Positions 39,867 to 48,855 of a DNA stretch of 53,703 nt are shown here, in pieces. The stretch lies in the IMG/VR virus record IMGVR_UViG_2526164595_000015, positions 1 to 53,703 of that record; one strand, given 5' to 3'. The notes beneath the pieces are model-generated. The model had not been told where the DNA came from and did not search any database. It saw only the letters and a list, made by a program, of their open reading frames with translations. How positions within the stretch are numbered: the first letter of the stretch is position 1; each line of letters starts with the position of its first letter. The DNA is from a virus (taxonomy: Duplodnaviria > Heunggongvirae > Uroviricota > Caudoviricetes). A program made the position numbers and the translations under genes.

Positions 39867-40295
39867 TCAGGGTTTAAAATCCAGCACCCCATTTTGAAAT
39901 ACTTTATATACTTCCGGCGAAGGGGGGGCAGGTATATCAGCATTCTTTATCGCATTCATCGCTTCACGACATAAATCGAGGTCTCCACTTTCTCTTTTAA
40001 CCTCCAGTAGAAGGCCATTCGGGGCCATATGCATTCTCAGTGTACACTCTTTTCCTGAATACTTACTCGCATCCCCGAACTGTTTTTCGATGGCGCTCTT
40101 GATTTGATGGGCATACAGACGGATATCCTCACTAACATCAGAAGTACGTTCAGATGAACTCACATACTGTGTCTCTATTGCTTTATCGGAGTAATATGAT
40201 GTACGGTCATGATAATTTGTCGATACAGCATCAGTGCACCCGATAATAATCCCACTAATAATCAACGTAAGAATTGATGCGCTACGAAAACCCAT
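39867..40295 (-). CDS. lipoprotein with TolA C-terminal (domain III)-like domain
   Basis: 142 aa; lipobox IIGC; C-terminus YAHQIKSAIEKQFGDASKYSGKECTLRMHMAPNGLLLEV…IPAPPSPEVYKVFQNGVLDFKP closely parallels recalled E. coli TolA-III. Confidence 0.75.
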   Translation of the reverse strand: MGFRSASILTLIISGIIIGCTDAVSTNYHDRTSYYSDKAIETQYVSSSERTSDVSEDIRLYAHQIKSAIEKQFGDASKYSGKECTLRMHMAPNGLLLEVKRESGDLDLCREAMNAIKNADIPAPPSPEVYKVFQNGVLDFKP

Positions 40296-40828
40296 TTTTC
40301 CTCACATATGTCATATAGTAAAGGATTATATATACCGTTGTTTTGGAGGCTCAAACAGCGAATCAGATCAAATAAAACGCACATTTGTTAACATTTACAC
40401 AAAGTCTGCGTGGGATATTCTGAAAGAATATCCATAATGTGGAGAGAATCTATTGAAGTGCATGGTGCCGGGTGCCTCCCGGTGAATTCAGTACCAGCAC
40501 CTGAATCCGCGATTATCCCATATACCTACTCGCTGATTGCCCCTCCGCACAGGGGGATTCACCATGCCAGTTTCTTTTAACAAACTCCCCGCAAACCAGA
40601 GAACAGTCAACCGCCTGAATTGTGAAGTATTTAAAAATCTCTCCCGCTAACTGATACCCGGCTAACAGTCTGGCGTTTTCTTTTTCAGCAACGGGAAAGC
40701 AACAACCACCACACCCGCCACCAGCACACCGTCAGCCAGCACTGACATTATCCGGCTGCTGCAATGCCATTCACAAAAACAGTAAGCAATCACTTTTTAC
40801 CGTAACAGGTGATAATCCAGATATGTAT

Positions 40829-41173
40829 CTACCCCAGATGAGTAATCCGAAGTTCATCCATACCACAAGTCCTGGCTATTCTGTTGTACTCCTGAACAAG
40901 AGCAAATAATTCTGAATTAGCAACCATGAACTCATCGCAAACCCTCTGTATAGCATCACTATTCAGAATAATAACGTCTCTTCCCGAAAGACGATCAGGA
41001 GTACAGAACAAAACTGTCAAACGGCTGAAGGCCTTTGCTCGTGCTGCATTGACTATATCAATACGCTGCCTAAGGATGAAACACCCCGACGCCTCATCAA
41101 TATTCACTCTACCCACACCATATGAATGATAAATATTTAATGCTGAAAAACCATTAGACCGTATAACAAACAC
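40829..41173 (-). CDS. hypothetical protein
   Basis: 114-aa ORF between the tRNA cluster and the lipoprotein genes; no family recognised. Confidence 0.4.
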   Translation of the reverse strand: MFVIRSNGFSALNIYHSYGVGRVNIDEASGCFILRQRIDIVNAARAKAFSRLTVLFCTPDRLSGRDVIILNSDAIQRVCDEFMVANSELFALVQEYNRIARTCGMDELRITHLG

Positions 41174-41291
41174 TCAATCAATACTTAACAGAACTTTTAT
41201 TTTTGACAAACATATAATATTTTCAACAATATCCTGAGCCAGGTATATTCCAGTATAAGGCTCTGCCGGAAGGAATCTGGAAGAATGAATA

Positions 41292-41368
41292 TGGCGCGCT
41301 GTACTGGATTCGAATCAGTGACCGATTGCTTAGAAGGCAATTGCTCTGTCCGGCTGAGCTAACAACGC
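41292..41368 (-). tRNA. tRNA-Arg (anticodon UCU)
   Basis: 77-nt cloverleaf on minus strand: GCGTTGT acceptor, anticodon loop CTTCTAA, T-arm GGTTCGAATCC-like, discriminator G, CCA. Confidence 0.85.
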
Positions 41369-41381
41369 TGAATACCGATAA

Positions 41382-41461
41382 TGGACCGCCATCGGGGACC
41401 CGCCCCCGCACCAACAACCCTGTTATCGTGTCGTCTGCTCTTCCTGATAAGCTAATGGCGG
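41382..41461 (-). tRNA. degenerate tRNA-like element (pseudo-tRNA)
   Basis: 7-bp acceptor stem (CCGCCAT/ATGGCGG) + CCA and a T-arm-like stem, but no pairable anticodon stem and non-canonical T-loop. Confidence 0.3.
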
Positions 41462-41468
41462 TTTGTGA

Positions 41469-41544
41469 TGGTGGCCCTTGCTGGATTTGAACCAGCGACC
41501 TGGCGATTATGAGTCGCTCGCTCTCACCACTGAGCTAAAGGGCC
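41469..41544 (-). tRNA. tRNA-Ile2 / Met-like (anticodon CAU)
   Basis: 76-nt cloverleaf: GGCCCTTTAGCTCAGTGG… anticodon loop CTCATAA, T-loop GGTTCAAATCC, CCA; closely resembles E. coli ileX/ileY from memory. Confidence 0.85.
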
Positions 41545-41583
41545 GGGAGCAGAATAATAACGGTCCGTAATTAATTCCGCAAT

Positions 41584-41606
41584 AAAAAACCCGCTCGGCG
41601 GCGGGT
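41584..41606 (-). terminator. tR'-like terminator downstream of the late promoter
   Basis: cccgc-cgccga-gcggg followed by TTTTTTATT on the minus strand. Confidence 0.6.
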
Positions 41607-41649
41607 TGTAGAAACTCTTCTAACGTCAGGCATAAAAAGCCCATCGTTA

Positions 41650-41685
41650 TGACGAATTTACCACAAATTCCGGAAAAATCAACCT
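41650..41685 (-). promoter_or_regulatory. candidate late promoter pR' (Q utilisation region)
   Basis: TTGATT-16 nt-TAAATT on minus strand immediately downstream of the Q stop. Confidence 0.45.
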
Positions 41686-41687
41686 TG

Positions 41688-42509
41688 TTACCTAGTTACC
41701 TTTTTTAACTGCCGCTCAGCCCATGCTTCTTCAATATCAAACCGGGTCACCAGCGCATCATAGAATTTCTTAACTGTTTTTTCCCATGACGCGCGTGTTA
41801 TCTGGTTTGTCACCTCGCATATAGCATTAAATGCCTCCGTTGATGGTAGTCTTTCATAGCCACGACCACCACAACGCTGGCAGTCTCTGATAACAGGCAT
41901 ACCACGTTTTACCGACTCTTCACGGTGAATGGCGACACCACGCCCACGGCAATCCTTACAGGCGGTGGAAACCTCACCCTTTCCGCCACACTCCGGACAG
42001 GCAACTTTTACCACCTCCCTGACTTTTTTCCATTCTTCCCAGTAAGACGGATACACACCTTTCGTACACTTTGCCCATACCGGCGGCTTACCATCCGGAT
42101 ACTGGACCTTGTTTGTAAAAACTACGCTTTCAATAAATTTTTCCCCATAGCAACAAGGGCACTGCTTTTTACTCGCTGCGCTGCGGGCATAATCCTCAAA
42201 AGCGTACGAAGCCATAATGCGCATCACTAACGGTTTTATTTCTGCCGGAAGTTTTCTCAACGCCGCCACACGATCGCACCGACTGAGTGCATAATCTGCC
42301 AGTAATTCTGTTGCCCGCGCCCTGTCATTCATACTGATGCCCATTTTCCCCAGGAACGCAGAAAACCCCATCTCAGCCCGATTCTGTGTCATGCCCTGCG
42401 CGGCCATCACATCAGTGATACTCAGCGCATCTTTTGACGTTGAGGCCGATGCATCGGTCAGGCAAGGGGATTTTGGGGAGTAGTATTTCGGTAAATCTTC
42501 CAGTTTCAT
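41688..42509 (-). CDS. late-gene antitermination protein Q (QuuQ-like, Zn-finger type)
   Basis: 273 aa with several CxxC pairs; position upstream of pR'/tR' and tRNAs; Qin quuQ-like by synteny. Confidence 0.75.
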   Translation of the reverse strand: MKLEDLPKYYSPKSPCLTDASASTSKDALSITDVMAAQGMTQNRAEMGFSAFLGKMGISMNDRARATELLADYALSRCDRVAALRKLPAEIKPLVMRIMASYAFEDYARSAASKKQCPCCYGEKFIESVVFTNKVQYPDGKPPVWAKCTKGVYPSYWEEWKKVREVVKVACPECGGKGEVSTACKDCRGRGVAIHREESVKRGMPVIRDCQRCGGRGYERLPSTEAFNAICEVTNQITRASWEKTVKKFYDALVTRFDIEEAWAERQLKKVTR

Positions 42510-42886
42510 TTTTTGACCTGCTCTTCATGCATTATGGGGTAAATCTTCACCCCCATACGTCCACCAGATACTGGCTGACCACGAACGATATTGATTTCAT
42601 CAAACTGCTCATCGTCCATTAACACTCCCGCATGCGTCAGCGCATCCAGTGGTGCTTTCAGGATATTGTCCAGGTCACGACGGCGCTTATCCGATGGCTC
42701 TGCAATAATCTTTATCGCCAGCCTTCCGGACAGGTTTAATTTCAACCGCTGCTGGCGAACAATTAGCGCCACATCACGGCGATAACGCTTTCCGGCTTCC
42801 GAGATGAAATACGTATTGCCATGACGTCGCCAGTAGGTATTCACCGTCGGCGGGTAAGGCAAAACAAATTCTATGCGTTCAGTCAT
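42506..42886 (-). CDS. rusA: Holliday-junction resolvase RusA
   Basis: 126 aa; RusA hallmarks (YPPTVNTYW…, DLDNILKAPLDAL, LMDDEQ). Confidence 0.85.
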   Translation of the reverse strand: MTERIEFVLPYPPTVNTYWRRHGNTYFISEAGKRYRRDVALIVRQQRLKLNLSGRLAIKIIAEPSDKRRRDLDNILKAPLDALTHAGVLMDDEQFDEINIVRGQPVSGGRMGVKIYPIMHEEQVKK

Positions 42887-43942
42887 TCATGCTTTCCACT
42901 TCAGGACACCCGAATTTCTCGCGTGCATTAAAAAACGAATCAGCAACAACAGCTGGCTGCCGTGTTTTTCTTCAAAATCTTTTACCCCGGCGTGCAGTTC
43001 GTTATGACATTTACGGCACAGCGGAATAACAAACAAATCATCAGCCTTTGTTCCCATCCCTCCCAGTCCATGACCAATGATGTGATGCGGATCATCTGCC
43101 TGATTACCGCACGTCATGCATTTCTGCGTTTTTACCCAGCGCGTGTATACAGGCATCTCTTCCCGTTGTGGTTTCTGGCGCTGGAGATACTGAGCCGGTG
43201 ACTCCGGATCAACGGCAATGCTTACCACCGTCTTTTCCTGTGGCGGGTTTTGCTGGTGGGCGTGAGGCATCGGCGCAAGATTTTTTGTGCGCTGCTTCAG
43301 TATGCTGGTGGCGGTCTGCTCTCCCGGCACGATGTCGCTTTCGCGGTACACCGAGCAGTTTTTTTCCGCTGGTAATCCCAGCGAGCGACGTAATACCGCT
43401 TCCGGTAGCGCGTCCGCCACCTGATTGCGGACCGCCCACCAGGATAATTCAGCCAGAGATAATTCACGCTCCTGCGTACCGCTTATTGCGTGACCGATGA
43501 CGTCAATCATCCATGCTGACAGGTTTTGATGAGCAAGTTGCTCGAGTGATTCGGATGTCTGGTCACGCAGCTGGTTGTCGCAGTGCCAGCACAACACCAT
43601 TGCGCCGGTACCATAACGGTGAATAACGGTTTCGCTGTGATGATAATCGCCGTGTGGCCACTGGCAGGATTTAATATGGCGCAACAGCCAGTCAGACAAT
43701 GCACCAGCACCACCAGCAGCACGAATTACCCGTGCGTTACTGAAAAACGGCAGCAATGTTTTGTCTTCCACCAGCGGCTGGCGAACGGCAGGAACGACCC
43801 CGGACGGCAGATTACGCATGCTTTTCGGTTCCGGCTCCACCAGTACCCGGGTATTGTGGAATACCGGCATGGATTCACGGCCCGGCTTAACGACCACCAG
43901 CCCGAGTTCCGGTACCAGAACAGGTCGAAGTAATACCCGCAC
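42887..43942 (-). CDS. DUF968-family protein with C-terminal HNH-like motif (YdfU-like)
   Basis: 351 aa; C-terminal HHIIGHG…CRKCHNELH motif; Qin ydfU position. Confidence 0.65.
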   Translation of the reverse strand: MRVLLRPVLVPELGLVVVKPGRESMPVFHNTRVLVEPEPKSMRNLPSGVVPAVRQPLVEDKTLLPFFSNARVIRAAGGAGALSDWLLRHIKSCQWPHGDYHHSETVIHRYGTGAMVLCWHCDNQLRDQTSESLEQLAHQNLSAWMIDVIGHAISGTQERELSLAELSWWAVRNQVADALPEAVLRRSLGLPAEKNCSVYRESDIVPGEQTATSILKQRTKNLAPMPHAHQQNPPQEKTVVSIAVDPESPAQYLQRQKPQREEMPVYTRWVKTQKCMTCGNQADDPHHIIGHGLGGMGTKADDLFVIPLCRKCHNELHAGVKDFEEKHGSQLLLLIRFLMHARNSGVLKWKA

Positions 43943-43943
43943 G

Positions 43944-44222
43944 TTACCTCCAGATGCGTTGCTGGAATGTACGGGACGGACGCGGTGGGCGTTCGGAGTA
44001 AGGCAATCTGACTGAGATTATCCAGTGACGGTAGTCGAGACTAAGAGCTTTCTTAACCTCGTATCCGCGCCTGCGGTAACACTGAATTATCCATTCAGCC
44101 TGCTCTTCAGTGCATGGAGGGTGCTGGAACCATTCAGACTTGAATGCGTGAGAATACCGCTCGTGCGTGCAGGCAAGAACGGGCGAATTATCAGAATTGT
44201 AATATTTTACGTTGCGTGCCAT
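43944..44222 (-). CDS. hypothetical protein
   Basis: 92-aa ORF. Confidence 0.4.
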   Translation of the reverse strand: MARNVKYYNSDNSPVLACTHERYSHAFKSEWFQHPPCTEEQAEWIIQCYRRRGYEVKKALSLDYRHWIISVRLPYSERPPRPSRTFQQRIWR

Positions 44223-44288
44223 CGGTTTTCTCCGGTGGCACGGTGTTACTCAGCGGGAGTTCAGCCCCGCGCAAGATTGTAGATGAGT

Positions 44289-44540
44289 TTATTCTTCTGC
44301 AAAAGCTGAAAAGCCTGCTTTTATTCCAATCTCTTTCAGTGCCTGTAATGAAGTGACAAACTCACCTTCGCGCAAGATAAATCCGTCTATCACTCGACCA
44401 TCCACAAAATTAATTAACGCAGCCCCATTCTTTCGCAAACACATAATGCGGTAATGACTAACAAGATTTCCATTTTCAACGCACACAGCATAGAGGCCAT
44501 CTTCACAAAAAATTTTACGCAGTTCTTCGATGTTCATCAT
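44289..44540 (-). CDS. hypothetical 83-aa protein (Rem-like by size and synteny)
   Basis: Same length and position as Qin rem; sequence identity not verified. Confidence 0.4.
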   Translation of the reverse strand: MMNIEELRKIFCEDGLYAVCVENGNLVSHYRIMCLRKNGAALINFVDGRVIDGFILREGEFVTSLQALKEIGIKAGFSAFAEE

Positions 44541-44755
44541 CAGAATCCTTCCGGATAATTAGCTCTCCCCTTTAAGGGACCATCCCTCTTATCCCTGCGC
44601 GCTACTTAAGTATTTTTGATTCTATTCCGGCACCGTCCAGAACTTCAAACGCGTGAAAATAAAAACAAAAACCCGCCGAAGCGGGTTAAGTGCGGGTGCG
44701 TTGAGGATGCCTGCCACATCAGAGGTGGCGAGGGATTTCTCCCTCGCCGGATCTC

Positions 44756-44911
44756 TTACTCCTCAGGTTCGTAAGCTGTGAAGACAGCGACCTCCGTCTG
44801 GCCGGTTCGGATTCGTACCTCGCAGAGGTCTTTCCTCGTTACCAGTGCCGTCACTATGACGGTTAAACAGATGACGATCAGGGCGATTAACATCGCCTTT
44901 TGCTGCTTCAT
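44756..44911 (-). CDS. hokD: Hok-family type I toxin
   Basis: 51 aa MKQQKAMLIALIVICLTVIVTALVTRKDLCEVRIRTGQTEVAVFTAYEPEE matches recalled HokD/RelF; leader region 44912..45120 contains a 9-bp-stem hairpin. Confidence 0.85.
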   Translation of the reverse strand: MKQQKAMLIALIVICLTVIVTALVTRKDLCEVRIRTGQTEVAVFTAYEPEE

Positions 44912-45460
44912 AGCCTGCTTCTCCTTGCCTTTCGGCACGTAAGAGGCTAACCTACATGTGTCTAGCATGAAATTGGCCTCAGATTAATGTTAAGCGTCTC
45001 GCAGGACGCGTAATGTTAACTGGGGCTTTTCTCTATCTGCCGTTGGTGTTCATGCCCGAGGCAGATAGCCTCAAGCACCCGCAGCCATTCTACTTAACTA
45101 CCGTTACCTCGCCAATGTGAAATCAGTCAGAAAGGCGATCCATAAGAACAATAGCAAGACAATAAATCGCCATTACAGCCGTAATAGCCAGCGCACATTT
45201 GAGAACCAGCACCACAACCTCCTGTATTGGACGTACACCAGTCCTGATGAATATGAGGCTGTCTCGTCAGTGATTCAATACAACTATTGGGTATAGTTTC
45301 TCTGATTTTTTCTGTGGAAATGGGGCTCAACCACTAGTCATTTAATACGCAAAGTCCGATACAAGCTAACCTTCTAGTCCGCTTTGAGCGAAAAGCGGAC
45401 GTTGGAAGTTTAAAACTCGCGAACTACTCAGCGTCCATTGATGCGTATTGTGTAACGTGA

Positions 45461-46105
45461 TTAACCACAGATGATATTGAAACGTTCTCCGGAAATCTTG
45501 ACCATAATGTCAGACAGTTTGCTGACGGCATGGGCTTCAGATGATCCCAGAGCGTCAGGCTGAACAGCTATTACCGAAGCTCCACTTGCCAGCCCTGCTT
45601 TTATACCCGCAGATGCATCCTCAAATACCACGCATTCACCAGGCTCAAGGCCCAAAGCCAAAGCTGCTTTGATGTAACCCTCGGGACTTGGTTTTCCCGT
45701 CATTACATCTTCTGCACACACCATTACTATGGGTAAGGGGAGATTAGCCGCTTTCATCCTGTTTTCGGCAAGCATTCTGCCTGCAGAAGTGACAAGTGCC
45801 CAGCTATCCGGTGGCAGTTTTGATAAGAGTGCAGCGGCCCCTTTTACTTCAGTAACGCCTTCTGTCATGTTGATTTCAACCTCTTCGAGTGAGGCCGCGA
45901 TTTTATTGGTTTTCTCACCTGCACCAATAAAATGCGTCAGTGTATCAATCGTTTGCCGCCCGTGTGCGTAAGCAATCACAGCCTGAGTATCAAGACCGTA
46001 TTCTGCACAAAAATCTCTCCAGACGCTTTCCACTACGGCTGTTGAATCAACCAGCGTACCGTCCATATCGAATAAAAAACCCTTAGCGTTGAATATCATT
46101 GCCAT
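45461..46105 (-). CDS. HAD-superfamily sugar-phosphatase-like hydrolase
   Basis: 214 aa; HAD motif I FLFDMDGTLVDS, later motifs (TSAG, GKPSPEGY, FEDASAGI); resembles E. coli HxpA/YfbT-type phosphatases from memory. Confidence 0.8.
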   Translation of the reverse strand: MAMIFNAKGFLFDMDGTLVDSTAVVESVWRDFCAEYGLDTQAVIAYAHGRQTIDTLTHFIGAGEKTNKIAASLEEVEINMTEGVTEVKGAAALLSKLPPDSWALVTSAGRMLAENRMKAANLPLPIVMVCAEDVMTGKPSPEGYIKAALALGLEPGECVVFEDASAGIKAGLASGASVIAVQPDALGSSEAHAVSKLSDIMVKISGERFNIICG

Positions 46106-46128
46106 TCCTTAATGGTTGCAGAAGAAAG

Positions 46129-46767
46129 TTAATCAAACCATGTTTTTTCATCACCTTTCGCTACTCTCAGGCTGACAGCAATCTGCTCAGGCACAATTCT
46201 TGAAAGCGACAATTCAGGCAGGTCGTTGACATCAAAAAAATCAGCATCGAGTGACTCATGGCTGATTGACAGGCTGCCACCTACTTCTTCACAGAGAAAA
46301 ATCAGCTTGTAAACATGCCAGGGTAAAGGCGGATGGCCGTGAAGATTACGATCCCAAACTCCCAATAGTTTAGTCACTCTGACTTTTAATCCGGTTTCTT
46401 CTTCGACTTCTCGACGCACAGCTTCAGAAGGTGTATCTCCAACATCTGCCCATCCGCCAGGAAGACTCCATAATCCATCTGCAGCCTCTTTCACCATCAG
46501 AATACGATTATTACGCAGGATAAACGCACGCACATCTGTTTTGGGCGTCGCGTAACCCGTTTCCGATACATGAAACAAATCATTGCGGCTAATATCAAAC
46601 TGCGAACTCAGCAGTCCAGCGGCAATTTCACGCAAGGCTTCATAGCGTTCCTTGTCAAAGACGTCTTTTGAATAGGTCAGGCCTGACTGCGCGAGGGCCT
46701 TTAGTCTCTGGGCAACAAAAATAAGCTTTTCTTGGGTCAACACTTCAGACATGTTTTTCATCTTCAT
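46129..46767 (-). CDS. NUDIX hydrolase with N-terminal accessory domain
   Basis: 212 aa; Nudix box GGWADVGDTPSEAVRREVEEETGL. Confidence 0.8.
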   Translation of the reverse strand: MKMKNMSEVLTQEKLIFVAQRLKALAQSGLTYSKDVFDKERYEALREIAAGLLSSQFDISRNDLFHVSETGYATPKTDVRAFILRNNRILMVKEAADGLWSLPGGWADVGDTPSEAVRREVEEETGLKVRVTKLLGVWDRNLHGHPPLPWHVYKLIFLCEEVGGSLSISHESLDADFFDVNDLPELSLSRIVPEQIAVSLRVAKGDEKTWFD

Positions 46768-46963
46768 TTATGTATTCAGAGTTCCTGTTAAGGATACTGC
46801 TCAATTCAATGAAGAATAACAAATGCATCTGGCACCTGCTATGTCCGCTTCTGGCACAAAGCGGACAACCACGCCAGATCTACCCTGTGCCATGAAAAAT
46901 GAGAATGTCAATTCACTCCTGAACTAATGCTTTTTAATCTAGTAACGTCTAAAATACCTAACA

Positions 46964-47401
46964 TTATCCCTGATAAAATGCCAGTATGCGCTGCATAACT
47001 TCACTCATCCGGCACTCGCGACAGATTATGTTTAGGCGACTGTCGTAGCGACGTATTTCTCCATCAGGTAACGACCAGATAAGGTCCGGATCAACCACAG
47101 CTGTTTTCTTCACCTTTGCCCTCGAGAGTTTTTTGCGGGCGTTTTGCCAGTCCTTACGCGCCTGTTCAGACGGGAATAACCCGTAGCCGGAGTTGTATAC
47201 ATCGCCACTGGCTACCAGCTCTCTGGCAAGAACGCTCATCAGATATCTAGTCGCACCTGTTTTAGCTTCCAGTTGCCGTAACGTCTCACGACCGCTCTGG
47301 CGCACGAGTTCCACCACCTGCCCTTTAATTTTTCCCGCTCTTCTTGTGTAAAAACTTTTGCCACAAGTCCCCCTTAAAATTACCTCATGACCTGAAATCA
47401 A
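46964..47401 (-). CDS. hypothetical protein downstream of replication initiator (P/helicase-loader position)
   Basis: 145-aa ORF; no family recognised. Confidence 0.4.
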   Translation of the reverse strand: MISGHEVILRGTCGKSFYTRRAGKIKGQVVELVRQSGRETLRQLEAKTGATRYLMSVLARELVASGDVYNSGYGLFPSEQARKDWQNARKKLSRAKVKKTAVVDPDLIWSLPDGEIRRYDSRLNIICRECRMSEVMQRILAFYQG

Positions 47402-47404
47402 AAC

Positions 47405-48373
47405 TTATCCTCTGAAACCAGGCGGAATTTCTGTATCCGGTTCAGAAATATGATTAACACAACGCTGTACAGGTGAACGCCCTAGGCGGATGACCAGTTC
47501 GTCCCATTTTTCGCGGAGCTTTGACGGGCTCATGATGTTTTTTACCCAGAATGGATCCCGCTGTACCCGACCAAACATTTCACAAATTTGTCTGTGGCTT
47601 CTGCCATCCAGCATCCGCATTGTGCGCACATCATTGGCCCAGACAGTCCAGTTAGGCTCTTTTGGTCGCATGATCTCGCCATCATCACTGGCGGCCTGTT
47701 CGTAGAGACCCACGATCCGCCCCCATATCCACTGCGCACACGCCAGATCCTCCTGGCTACCCCACTGGCGTTTTTTCGCACTAAACACAACTGCGCCAGG
47801 GTGCCGGATTAAAAAATCCTGTTCAGCCGTCTGCGGGTCCGGTTGCGAAGCTTCCGGACGAAAAGTGTTTTTATTCTCTGTAGTAATCTCTGTTGTATTC
47901 TCTGTAGGATCATCGGGCCATTTTGACCCGATGACATTGGGTCGTTTTGAACCAATGGAGCGTTTCATTTTGACCTCTTCCATCGTGTCATTTTGACCTG
48001 ATGGAGCGGCGCATTTTGAACCGATGGATTCGCTCAATTTGCCATCATCTAAAAGCTCGCTCCCATAGTTAATCGTGTAGAAATTGGTCATATCGCGCTT
48101 TGATTTATTGAGCTTTTCACAACGCAAAAGCCCCAGCGTTTTCAGACTTGCAAACGCGCGCTTTAACGTTGACTCTGACCAGAATGGGAACTGTTCCAGC
48201 CATTGTTCCGTTGTGTTATAAATCCAGCGAACACCATCACATTCCATACCGGAGTTGGTATCTCTCAACCAGTAGTGCAGTTGTTGCAAAACAATGGCTT
48301 CGTTTAAGCCGATTTTCATTGCCAGCTGCGTGTTTATAACCAGTGGGCGTTCAGCAAAAAGAAGACTCATAAT
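47405..48373 (-). CDS. replication initiator (lambda O-like organisation, iterons inside gene)
   Basis: ~320 aa; N-terminal HTH-like region, central repeated IGSK tracts encoded by the iterons. Confidence 0.65.
   Translation of the reverse strand: MMSLLFAERPLVINTQLAMKIGLNEAIVLQQLHYWLRDTNSGMECDGVRWIYNTTEQWLEQFPFWSESTLKRAFASLKTLGLLRCEKLNKSKRDMTNFYTINYGSELLDDGKLSESIGSKCAAPSGQNDTMEEVKMKRSIGSKRPNVIGSKWPDDPTENTTEITTENKNTFRPEASQPDPQTAEQDFLIRHPGAVVFSAKKRQWGSQEDLACAQWIWGRIVGLYEQAASDDGEIMRPKEPNWTVWANDVRTMRMLDGRSHRQICEMFGRVQRDPFWVKNIMSPSKLREKWDELVIRLGRSPVQRCVNHISEPDTEIPPGFRG
47919..48032. promoter_or_regulatory. putative replication origin: five direct ~22-bp iterons (CATTTTGA[A/C]C-N-GATGGA)
   Basis: Read directly; located inside the initiator ORF as in lambda ori. 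Confidence 0.6.
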
Positions 48374-48764
48374 TCCATCCAGCTTTTTGTTGGTATTGCT
48401 GTCGATACGCAAGTTTGAAAGCAATTGCTTTTTCTATAAGTTCGTCAGTTTCACGATCCACTACGGCAGGATCAGCAAAAAGCAGTCCGGACTCCACCAC
48501 ATCGCCATATTCTTTGTTTAACCCGGCGATCATGTACGTGATGCTTTTTCCGTCACTAATTTCACGATACAACCTGAAATCATTAATCCGGATAGCCTCC
48601 ATAATTGCAGGCACTAGCGCCGTGAACTTTTCACGCTTATCCCTAGTGTCGATAGCCTTCCAGCGTTCGAATATCTTCACTCGATTAACGCCAAGCGCTC
48701 GCTGATCAACCGCGCCACCTTCATCTGTGACACGCTGAACATCGATGTTCGGGCGCTCTTTCAA
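48351..48764 (-). CDS. hypothetical protein (cII position)
   Basis: 137-aa ORF between dicC and initiator gene. Confidence 0.4.
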   Translation of the reverse strand: MKERPNIDVQRVTDEGGAVDQRALGVNRVKIFERWKAIDTRDKREKFTALVPAIMEAIRINDFRLYREISDGKSITYMIAGLNKEYGDVVESGLLFADPAVVDRETDELIEKAIAFKLAYRQQYQQKAGWNYESSFC

Positions 48765-48855
48765 AGCTCAGAATGCTTCAGTGATTAATATCGTCGCCTG
48801 CTCCTGTGTCATTCCTGGTCGACATATCCAGGCATCCAGAGCCTCACGAGCCTGT

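Noticed and set aside
40665-40748. 27-aa hydrophobic mini-ORF in the gap between the 114-aa gene and lipoprotein 2
   Set aside because: No convincing SD and Val/Gly-rich from a GT-rich stretch; too weak to call.
45127-45330. 67-aa Gly/Cys-rich ORF as a microcin-like peptide
   Set aside because: No leader or export signature and no adjacent immunity or export genes; the alternative-frame hydrophobic peptide is the more plausible product, reported separately at low confidence.
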